A stretch of DNA of 64,000 bases from a virus (Duplodnaviria > Caudoviricetes): the IMG/VR virus record IMGVR_UViG_3300031414_000022, positions 1,020 through 65,019 of that record. One strand, 5' to 3'. A model generated the notes under the pieces. It was not told where the DNA came from and made no database searches. It was given only the letters and a program-made list of their open reading frames with translations. Shown here piece by piece: positions 38,315 to 45,637 of this stretch (position 1 is its first letter; each line of letters starts with the position of its first letter). The translations under genes were made by a program, and so were the position numbers.

Positions 38315-38335
38315 CTTTTCTTAGTGGGATTATCC

Positions 38336-38998
38336 ATGATTCGTAAACAGCCCAATTATATTCTTGTCGAAGGGCCTGACGGCAGCGGCAAGACAACCGC
38401 AGCTACAGCATTGGCAGAGATTCTTCAAAAGCGCCGCAAGAATGTTGTTCGCATACGTGAGCCGGGCGGTACCCCAATCGCCGAGCACATCCGTAGCGTG
38501 GTATTGGGCACCGACTACCTCAAGTTGACCGATCAAGAGGAGATTACACCTCTGTGTGAAATGTTCATGCTGCTGGCAGCCCGCAGTCAGAACATGGCCT
38601 ATGTAAAGCGCCTGATTGAATCACAGCCTGATACGTTTGTTATCGCTGACCGTGGATTCCCTTCGACGTTTGCCTATCAGGCGATTGACGAACAGACCAC
38701 CAGCGTGTATGAAAACACTTGGCAGATACTGGCACCACCTTCGCGCTTGAGTATCTTGCTGGACGTAAGCTATGACGTTTCCTGTGAGCGCCGCAAACAG
38801 CGTGCTGGCTATGCTGACCGTATCGAGCAGCGTCTTACCGAAGAGCATTTCAACTCAATGCGTGAGCGCTATGCCAACGTTCCTGGCGGATATGACTTGG
38901 TTATCAACACTGACAACCTTTCCGTCACTGAGGTTACCCGCCAAATCTTAGGATACATTTTCAATGAATCTCAACCTGTTCGGACAAGCAACGCCTGA
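38336..38998 (+). CDS. tmk: thymidylate (dTMP) kinase
   Basis: P-loop EGPDGSGKTT, REPGGTP, LLAARSQ, VIADR...STFAYQ. Confidence 0.92.
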   Translation: MIRKQPNYILVEGPDGSGKTTAATALAEILQKRRKNVVRIREPGGTPIAEHIRSVVLGTDYLKLTDQEEITPLCEMFMLLAARSQNMAYVKRLIESQPDTFVIADRGFPSTFAYQAIDEQTTSVYENTWQILAPPSRLSILLDVSYDVSCERRKQRAGYADRIEQRLTEEHFNSMRERYANVPGGYDLVINTDNLSVTEVTRQILGYIFNESQPVRTSNA

Positions 38999-39398
38999 GC
39001 AGCAAGAACGAGTAATGAAAAGAGTTTGCTCGGACAGTGGCTACATCCCTCAGTTTGAGCAACGTCTCCGCACAATGGCGTACTTCACCTGCACCAAAGA
39101 ACTGCGCCAACAAACGGATATCTTTTCCTATGTTCCTGCTGCACAGCAAAGAGTAGCAGTTGGCTACCGCATTCAGCAAAGAGCTGGAAAGTTTATCGCA
39201 GAGCCTTGGGTGTTTCTTGTGCCCAACCCTCTTAAAAGTTTTGCAACAGAAATCACGACGCGCGTTCCCAACAGCCTGTACTTTGGCTCACTGGTACCAC
39301 AAGAGTTACTTGCCTCTGTAGGCACTCAGGCATACAATTTGATGCTGGGTAACTTGGACCTGTTACGTCGTCACTCTTTCAATCCTGTATCTCTGTAG
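38964..39398 (+). CDS. hypothetical protein
   Basis: Overlaps the tmk 3' end; same strand. Confidence 0.5.
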   Translation: MNLNLFGQATPEQQERVMKRVCSDSGYIPQFEQRLRTMAYFTCTKELRQQTDIFSYVPAAQQRVAVGYRIQQRAGKFIAEPWVFLVPNPLKSFATEITTRVPNSLYFGSLVPQELLASVGTQAYNLMLGNLDLLRRHSFNPVSL

Positions 39399-39409
39399 GA
39401 AAAAGCAAC

Positions 39410-41185
39410 ATGGCTCTGATTAAAAAGGAAGGCAATCGTCTTCATCGCGATCTCGGGATTGTAGTGAGCACCATCCGTCGCGTTAAAGATATGTATGTTG
39501 GTCTGAGTGCTGCCTCTGCTTATGCTTGGGGCAATGGTGAAATCCGTGAGTTTGCGCCTGGTGATTTCGTTAACTTCCCAAGTGTTAGCGCTGCAACCAT
39601 TCAGCGTCTGAGTGGCATGAAGTTCGCAGGCACGTTGGACAATGGACAGACTGTGTTTATGTCTGCTTCTAACGCTGTTCACATGGCTCTCCATGCGCAG
39701 CGTGCTGCCCTGCCTGTTGTTGATCGTCGTGACGTGCTTGAGGCTGCAACTGAATATGCAACCACCAGCTCAGAAGTTACAAGCAAGTTGCTGGTGGCCA
39801 GTGAATCGGCGGCGCGTACTTGGGCTACCTATCAGGGCCGTCGTCTTGCAATCGATGACGCCAACGATGAGTACGAACTCGAACTGACCAAAGGCGAGAA
39901 GTTCAGCCTCACGTATCTCAACCGTGATAGCTATGAACTCGTTACCCAGGAAGAGCCAAAGATTAAGTTTGTGGTGCGTGGTCATGTGCGCGTTGCTAAC
40001 ATCATCGGACAGTCTGAGTGGCCTAAAGCGTTTGGCTCAGTGGGTGCTAACCGTGAAGCAACGTTTGAGCCTGTAGGTGAAGTCAGTCGCAACGTCGCAC
40101 AGCCTATTCAGATCAAGAAAGGCACTCAGGTATACATGTTCCGCAAGCGTCACTATCTTGCACAGAACCTTGTTGTGCCTCTGGAGAAGATTGTCGGTCA
40201 AGCTGACTTGGACAAAATCCTCACTGCGGTTAAACCTCAGAGCAATCCACGCGCTATCGTCAAAGGCCGTGAAGTGGGCGTCAAGCTGCCCAAGCTGGAG
40301 AATGCTAAGCGTGCAAAAAGCGTTGCACCGCTCAAGGGTGCCAAGCAACTCAGTGTTGTGTACGGCGCATTTTTTGCTGTGAGTCCTGCAACTCCAAACC
40401 GCAGTCGTATTGTATTTGGCTCGTCGGCAGCACAGGTACAGGAACAGGCACGTCGTGCTATCAGCGCGATGACCAGCCCTGTTGACTACTTCCTGTTCCA
40501 GACTTCAAGCAACGATGAGCTGTTTGACCTGGCGCGTGATGGTCGTGTTGTGATTCGTGCTAGTGGCCTGCTTCGCTCTGCTTATCCTCGTGCGCAACAG
40601 GTTGGTATGCAGGTAGCTGGCGCTGATGCTTATCAAGCACCTGACTACGTTGAGCCTGCAACTGGCGCACCTGAACTCACTGTGCCTGCTATTGCAGAAA
40701 ACGAAGACAAGATCGTTGAAACGCTGGTACGTCTTATCTCCGAAGGCTTTTTCGTTACTGGCCTGCATCTGGCAGAACAACAGCCGGGCAATGCGATTCG
40801 CTTTGCAGCGCCTGTAATGTCAGATGAACTGTATGACCGTGTTGTCGCAGGCTCCCGCCGCATCGCTGCTTACTTGGTGCAACAGGGCGTTGATATGCGT
40901 GGCAAGGTTACTTCTGCTCGTGGTACCAAGACGGCTGAGATTCGTTTCAAGTTGCCTCAACCAACGCAGGAGCAGCGTGTGAGTATCGAGCGTCTGCTGG
41001 CAGAACAGCCTACACTCAACAGCCCTGCATACGAAACGATCAAGCCCAAGCAGCCAACTGTTGAAATCACCAACATCAACATTCACACTGGCATGGTTAC
41101 CGTGCGTGCGCAGCGTGGTCCAGAACTGTTCGGCAGCCCGTACGATGTGCTGTACAACAACGTATTGCGTAAATCAATGTTCTAA
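39410..41185 (+). CDS. large hypothetical protein with paralogous beta domain (putative head protein)
   Basis: RBS AGGA; TWATYQG...KGEKFSL...Y.LV...P.I.F segment matches the family domain. Confidence 0.55.
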   Translation: MALIKKEGNRLHRDLGIVVSTIRRVKDMYVGLSAASAYAWGNGEIREFAPGDFVNFPSVSAATIQRLSGMKFAGTLDNGQTVFMSASNAVHMALHAQRAALPVVDRRDVLEAATEYATTSSEVTSKLLVASESAARTWATYQGRRLAIDDANDEYELELTKGEKFSLTYLNRDSYELVTQEEPKIKFVVRGHVRVANIIGQSEWPKAFGSVGANREATFEPVGEVSRNVAQPIQIKKGTQVYMFRKRHYLAQNLVVPLEKIVGQADLDKILTAVKPQSNPRAIVKGREVGVKLPKLENAKRAKSVAPLKGAKQLSVVYGAFFAVSPATPNRSRIVFGSSAAQVQEQARRAISAMTSPVDYFLFQTSSNDELFDLARDGRVVIRASGLLRSAYPRAQQVGMQVAGADAYQAPDYVEPATGAPELTVPAIAENEDKIVETLVRLISEGFFVTGLHLAEQQPGNAIRFAAPVMSDELYDRVVAGSRRIAAYLVQQGVDMRGKVTSARGTKTAEIRFKLPQPTQEQRVSIERLLAEQPTLNSPAYETIKPKQPTVEITNINIHTGMVTVRAQRGPELFGSPYDVLYNNVLRKSMF

Positions 41186-41190
41186 CCAAG

Positions 41191-41231
41191 TGGGGCGGAA
41201 AATATATTGTTTTCTTGCCCCATTTTTGTTT
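41191..41231 (+). terminator. intrinsic terminator
   Basis: TGGGGCGGAAAA...TTTTCTTGCCCCA followed by TTTTTGTTT. Confidence 0.75.
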
Positions 41232-41240
41232 CAGATAAAT

Positions 41241-41249
41241 CTGTAAATG
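41241..41249 (+). promoter_or_regulatory. CTGTAAAT motif upstream of the non-coding structured region
   Basis: AATCTGTAAAT also occurs at 42977; lies just after a terminator. Confidence 0.45.
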
Positions 41250-41261
41250 TTAATTAGAAAC

Positions 41262-41870
41262 AAGATTACTTCGGAAGGTTCGCCTTACACCTTCCGTCCT
41301 GGTGGTGCTTGCGCAGCATGGTATTAGCCACACAGATTTCTCAACAGGTTTGACGTTGGTCTGTGAAAGGCGCTGTTCAAGTAAACGTCTTAAAAGTGAG
41401 TACCAGTAACAGCCTGTGGAATTGATCGGCCTCATGTGGACAAGTGTCTCCCAGCATTTGTTCGGTCGGTGCTCTAAAACTTGATACGGTTAGACCTGTC
41501 TCAGTGGGGAGACGGGAACTTTATCAGGGCCCTTTGTAAACTCCGGCAAGAGTTTGCATCGACTGCATCATAATCAATCGTTCACGGTGACAAGCGGAGT
41601 ACACATCGTAGGCACGGGCTAGTCCATCCTTCACTTTCATGCCTGGTGCCAAATGTACTTAATTAGTGGTTAACATCCGCAGCTGAGTATGCCGTTGATC
41701 AGAGTTGGGTAGCAGTTCCCTTCCGATGACAACACCTTACGGCAGGACTAAAGACAATGGCGAGACCTGACTCAGTTGGGAGACGGGCGCTAGTCGAGCG
41801 GGCAGTTGGAAAGACAACCTGGTGCGCATTCGGGCTTTCACCCTGGAGTGTGCATTGGGTTGACACCAAA
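41262..41870 (+). ncRNA. candidate large structured ncRNA (~600 nt), family unknown
   Basis: No credible ORF in a gene-dense genome; many G-U-containing helices, long-range pairs, a predicted pseudoknot and a duplicated 25-nt hairpin (see findings). Ends are approximate. Confidence 0.6.
41492..41787 (+). repeat. two 25-nt imperfect direct repeats (41492..41516 and 41763..41787)
   Basis: AGACCTG[T/A]CTCAGT[G/T]GGGAGACGGG, 23/25 identical; each folds into a hairpin. Confidence 0.9.
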
Positions 41871-41884
41871 CATGAGATAATACA

Positions 41885-42310
41885 ATGGCTATTGACTTAA
41901 ACAGCTTTGACCTTGACGACACCGCAACAGATGACGTTCGTGATCGCATCATTCGCCCAATCAGTGCAGTAGCCGTACTAATCGCCGACAACTTCGGAAC
42001 TGAGAGTCCGACAGTGTTGCAGCGTGATACCTTGCGTCGTTTGCTGTGGGCACGTAACCAACTGTGGTACTGCATGGGCAGACAGGAAGAATCTTCCCTG
42101 CTCGAAACAGATTGTCGTTCACTGTTTGACGTGCTGACCACAATCGATAGCACCACTGAGGCAAGCCTTAGCGTGACACAGGCCGTCAGTGAACTCGTTA
42201 TCAAACTGGACGCAGACCTTAAAGAGCGTGCTGATAAGTTTTTCGCATATCAGTATCTCGCAAAGGCGCGTAACCTGTTTTTGAAGAGTTTGGACAACGC
42301 CCATGCCTAG
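41885..42310 (+). CDS. hypothetical helical protein
   Basis: ATG after a GAG-type RBS; overlaps the next ORF. Confidence 0.55.
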   Translation: MAIDLNSFDLDDTATDDVRDRIIRPISAVAVLIADNFGTESPTVLQRDTLRRLLWARNQLWYCMGRQEESSLLETDCRSLFDVLTTIDSTTEASLSVTQAVSELVIKLDADLKERADKFFAYQYLAKARNLFLKSLDNAHA

Positions 42311-42515
42311 TCCTATAATGAAGTATTTCAAATTCGACCACCTGCCGGGTTTCTTGCAGGAAGTGTCGAAGCCTATCGGTGAGCTTGCACAACAGATGGA
42401 TGCAGCCTTGCCTGACGGTGCGGAGAAGTCTGCGGGTCTTCGCAAGTTACTTGAAGCGAAAGACTGTTTGGTACGTGCTGCCCTGGATAAAGCTGATGCA
42501 GAAAAATCAAAGTGA
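42303..42515 (+). CDS. Acb2/Tad1-hairpin-like small protein (putative nucleotide-signal sponge)
   Basis: ELA..MD..LPDG.EKS..L.KL.EA....RA pattern matches the helical hairpin of Acb2-like anti-defence proteins as I recall it. Confidence 0.55.
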   Translation: MPSPIMKYFKFDHLPGFLQEVSKPIGELAQQMDAALPDGAEKSAGLRKLLEAKDCLVRAALDKADAEKSK

Positions 42516-42655
42516 CTGTAGTGGCGTAGATTTTGATATCGCTGAAATGGAACATGCGTTTGACTGTGAGTTCGTTGAACCTCCATGTCATACAGCGGAA
42601 GAGTTCCGCCAGTACGTGATGCAAAGTGAGTTCGAACAAGAGGAGACAGGTCCAG

Positions 42656-42808
42656 ATGACTTTTGAAACAGGCATGAAGTTGGCGTTTATCTTGTATGTT
42701 GCATTCCTATTATTCGGTGCTCCTTGGTTGGCAGAAAAGCAAGCCAAGGCAACCCTAGCCAAGTGGGCGCGTGAAGATGCACAAGCTACCTCAAAAGGCC
42801 GTCGTTAG
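42656..42808 (+). CDS. small membrane protein
   Basis: AGGAG RBS; one hydrophobic helix (LAFILYVAFLLFGAPWL). Confidence 0.5.
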   Translation: MTFETGMKLAFILYVAFLLFGAPWLAEKQAKATLAKWAREDAQATSKGRR

Positions 42809-42956
42809 ACATTACTCTGATGACAAATATCCTGTGTTGAAGTTCGATGGCAACGAATGGACGATTCAGGGTGACCGCGAAGATGCAGATGACCTTGCTG
42901 CATCAATCAACAAACTGATAGACCACCAGCGTTTAGGGAGCAGCGATGATTTATAG
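42771..42956 (+). CDS. small hypothetical protein
   Basis: Same-strand packed ORF. Confidence 0.4.
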   Translation: MKMHKLPQKAVVRHYSDDKYPVLKFDGNEWTIQGDREDADDLAASINKLIDHQRLGSSDDL

Positions 42957-43028
42957 CGATTGGTTCTTTGACGATTAATCTGTAAATAAACTCTGTGGCA
43001 ATCGCCACAAAACAGTGACGGGAAATGT

Positions 43029-43265
43029 ATGCTCACATTTATCCTGTCGCTCGTGGCTGTTTGTTTGCTCGGCAAGCAGTCATGTTACGATGATGAATTG
43101 CGCGTAGTTATCAGCGAAACACGCGCTCCGGCTTACGTCTCCCAGGAGACCGAGGCACACGTTCGGGGGATGTGGGAGCGACGAGCGACGAAACAAAATG
43201 AGCGAATGATTCTGCGGGCTACACGCTACTGTATGAGCGCTGACGAGCGAGTGTGTGGTAGGTAG
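43029..43265 (+). CDS. small protein with signal-like N-terminus
   Basis: Downstream of a CTGTAAATA motif (42980) and upstream of a terminator. Confidence 0.45.
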   Translation: MLTFILSLVAVCLLGKQSCYDDELRVVISETRAPAYVSQETEAHVRGMWERRATKQNERMILRATRYCMSADERVCGR

Positions 43266-43279
43266 CCAAGCAGGCAAAG

Positions 43280-43304
43280 TGGGTGACTTCGGTCGCCCAT
43301 TTTT
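43280..43304 (+). terminator. intrinsic terminator
   Basis: TGGGTGAC-TTCG-GTCGCCCA followed by TTTTT. Confidence 0.85.
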
Positions 43305-43351
43305 GCGTCTATGGTCTGTTCTGAGTAATTTTCAGCAAAGAGGAGATTGCT

Positions 43352-43480
43352 ATGACCAGACTCACAGAACTAGCAAAACTGAATTACCTGCGCATGATGC
43401 GTGGTGAAAAGCCTGTTATGCCCAGCGGTGTGTTTGCTCCTGCACAGGGTCCCAAGATTCCACAGATGAGGAACAAGTAA
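43352..43480 (+). CDS. 42-aa small ORF absent from the ORF track
   Basis: AGGAG RBS; MTRLTELAKLNYLRMMRGEKPVMPSGVFAPAQGPKIPQMRNK; TAATG-coupled to the PAAR gene. Confidence 0.55.
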   Translation: MTRLTELAKLNYLRMMRGEKPVMPSGVFAPAQGPKIPQMRNK

Positions 43481-43770
43481 TGGGCAAGCCAGCTATCAGA
43501 CTCGGTGTTGATCTGTCTACAGGCCATCAGGGCTTTGCACCTGTGCCTGCTGTTGCTGCCTCAGGCAACGTGTTTATCAATGGCAAGGGCAGCGTCAGAA
43601 AGGGTGACCCCTATCGAAAGCACTCAGCACCTAAAAAGCCTCCACATGTTGGTATTGCTATAGGACAGAGTAGTGTTCGCGTCAATGGCAAACCTGCGCA
43701 ACGTGCTGGTGACCCAAACACCTGCCGAGATACTGCATCTAACGGCAGCAAGAACGTGAGGTTTGGATGA
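43480..43770 (+). CDS. PAAR-repeat spike tip protein (T4 gp5.4-like)
   Basis: AIRLG.D..GH, NVFING....R.GD...H, V.VNGKPA.RAGD..C...GS.NV.FG. Confidence 0.9.
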   Translation: MGKPAIRLGVDLSTGHQGFAPVPAVAASGNVFINGKGSVRKGDPYRKHSAPKKPPHVGIAIGQSSVRVNGKPAQRAGDPNTCRDTASNGSKNVRFG

Positions 43771-44180
43771 TTGTATCAAACGCTGTTAAGCTGCCTCCAG
43801 GCATGGCCACCTACTCGGACGTCAACGCTTGGATTAAGCTGGAAAACCGAGACGATGTGCAAGACATTGATAGTATCACGCAAAAGATCTTGTTCATCAT
43901 CGGTACACGCAAACGCAGTCGCAAGTGGCGTCCTAACTTCGGCTCAGATGTGTACCGCCAACTGTTTGAACCATTCGACGATACAACTGCCGGATGGATT
44001 CAGACGTACATCAAGGACGCACTTGAAAGCCCTTACAACGGATTGACGGCAGATGTTACTGGCATCAATGTCGAAGTTGTGCGTAAGGTAGATCAGACGT
44101 ATGGTGTGCGCATTGCATACCGCGTGCCTAAACTCGAAACCAAGAAAACAATTGCATTCAGCATGAGGAGTATGGCATGA
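43767..44180 (+). CDS. baseplate wedge protein (gp25-like)
   Basis: GT....R..RPNFGS.....LFEP.D motif. Confidence 0.85.
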   Translation: MIVSNAVKLPPGMATYSDVNAWIKLENRDDVQDIDSITQKILFIIGTRKRSRKWRPNFGSDVYRQLFEPFDDTTAGWIQTYIKDALESPYNGLTADVTGINVEVVRKVDQTYGVRIAYRVPKLETKKTIAFSMRSMA

Positions 44181-45637
44181 GCCTTCTCAATACCTACACA
44201 ACACATGAGGAGTTTGCTCAGGACTTCCTTAGTCGCATTAATGCCAAGAGCTACTGGACTGACGACCAAGTTAGCAGCCTGACAAGTTTGATTGCTGACG
44301 CACTGGGTGATATCGGTGTGTCTAACGCCTATGCCTGTATGATTGCAGCGCGTGAAGCATTCATCCGACTTGCTCGTCGTGATACAAGTATCATGGCAGG
44401 TGCTCGCTTTCTTGGCGTTGATATCGGCCGTAAGTCTGCTGGTAATGTTAGCTGCCTGATCGTCAACAACACAGGACAGAAGGTTACGTTGGACAAGTAC
44501 GAGCCGTTTCAAATCAATGGCACCGATGCTCTGCTTGCCGAAGTAACGCAGTGGGAAAGCGGTGAGAGCAAGACTGTAGACATGATCGTCGGCAGTATCT
44601 TCTCATTCAGTCAGCCAATCCAGACGACCACAGACTACGTTAAGGTAACGCTGGGCAGCGAGAACTTCGAACTGACCCGAGACCTGACTGTGTGGATTGA
44701 AGACGTGCGTGGACTTAAAACTCAATTCGACCGCTTTGACAGTGCCTTGTTTGAGGCGTATGCAGGACAGCGCATCTATCAGGACATTACCACAGACACA
44801 GGTGACGTTGAACTCCAGTTCGGTGGTGAGCAGTGGGGAACAGCCCTACCAGCAGGCTACACGTTAAAGGTGCGTGCTGTGCGTTCACTTGGAGCTTCCG
44901 TCAACACAGAAGCAACCGGCCTGAAAGTTGTATCAGTCAATCAAAGCAACATCCTGGGTAAAACTCTGTCGTCCATTGCTGGTGCATCTGATCACACAGA
45001 CCTCAGCTACTACAGAACGTTTGCACCAATCGTAGCACGCAGCAAACGCAAGCTGATTCGTGAAGACGAATGGCACGCTGCCGTCATGCTGTATCCTGAT
45101 GTGGCCGACTGCGTTGTTCAGGGACAGCGTGAGATAGCGCCAAACGACAAGTCTTGGATGGGAGTTGTTCGCGTGTGCGTGCTGCCTCTCAACACCAGCA
45201 CTTGGGGTGGAGTGAATCCCAACCCTGATTCAGCACAGTGGAACAAGTTTCTCGACTGGCTGGCGCAGTTCAGGGCGATGCTGGATGTGCAGACGTACAA
45301 CCCGACCAAGCTGCCAATCGACTGTGTGATTCGCGTTACCCTGTTCCAAGATGCCCCTGGCTCCAAGCAGACCAACGAAGATAACCTCAGCGCTGCCGTT
45401 CAGAAACTGTTTGAACGTCGTGTCGGTATCTTGGGTAAGCGTCTTGCTATCTCTGACATTATGGACCGTGTCAAATACGACTATGCTAATCCAGACAGTC
45501 CTGTAAAACGTCCTGAGGTTGATTACGTTAACCTTGATAGCCCGCTACAGGATATCATTCCTAACGGCAAGACCGAGTATGTTGCACTTCGCAGCATCCG
45601 AGTGATTGTTAGTTACAGCGAAAGGAAGATGCAGTGA
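44177..45637 (+). CDS. baseplate wedge protein (gp6/J-like)
   Basis: EAFI..ARR.TS...A..LG, VELQFG, R.S.GA..N; follows the gp25-like gene. Confidence 0.8.
   Translation: MSLLNTYTTHEEFAQDFLSRINAKSYWTDDQVSSLTSLIADALGDIGVSNAYACMIAAREAFIRLARRDTSIMAGARFLGVDIGRKSAGNVSCLIVNNTGQKVTLDKYEPFQINGTDALLAEVTQWESGESKTVDMIVGSIFSFSQPIQTTTDYVKVTLGSENFELTRDLTVWIEDVRGLKTQFDRFDSALFEAYAGQRIYQDITTDTGDVELQFGGEQWGTALPAGYTLKVRAVRSLGASVNTEATGLKVVSVNQSNILGKTLSSIAGASDHTDLSYYRTFAPIVARSKRKLIREDEWHAAVMLYPDVADCVVQGQREIAPNDKSWMGVVRVCVLPLNTSTWGGVNPNPDSAQWNKFLDWLAQFRAMLDVQTYNPTKLPIDCVIRVTLFQDAPGSKQTNEDNLSAAVQKLFERRVGILGKRLAISDIMDRVKYDYANPDSPVKRPEVDYVNLDSPLQDIIPNGKTEYVALRSIRVIVSYSERKMQ

Noticed and set aside
41492-41787. CRISPR mini-array
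   Set aside because: Only two repeats, separated by 246 nt, and no cas genes in the window.
41262-41870. tmRNA, RNase P RNA, tRNA or group I/II intron
   Set aside because: No acceptor/T-arm pair, no RNase P P4 signature, no group II domain V. The TAGTCC/GGACTA order is opposite to group I P7, and no interrupted gene flanks it.
41737-42204. Minus-strand 155-aa ORF (and 41250..41435)
   Set aside because: Antisense to a plausible + gene or structured region, no RBS, atypical composition.
42961-42995. Sigma70 promoter (TTGACG...TAAACT)
   Set aside because: Spacing is about 13 nt, too short.
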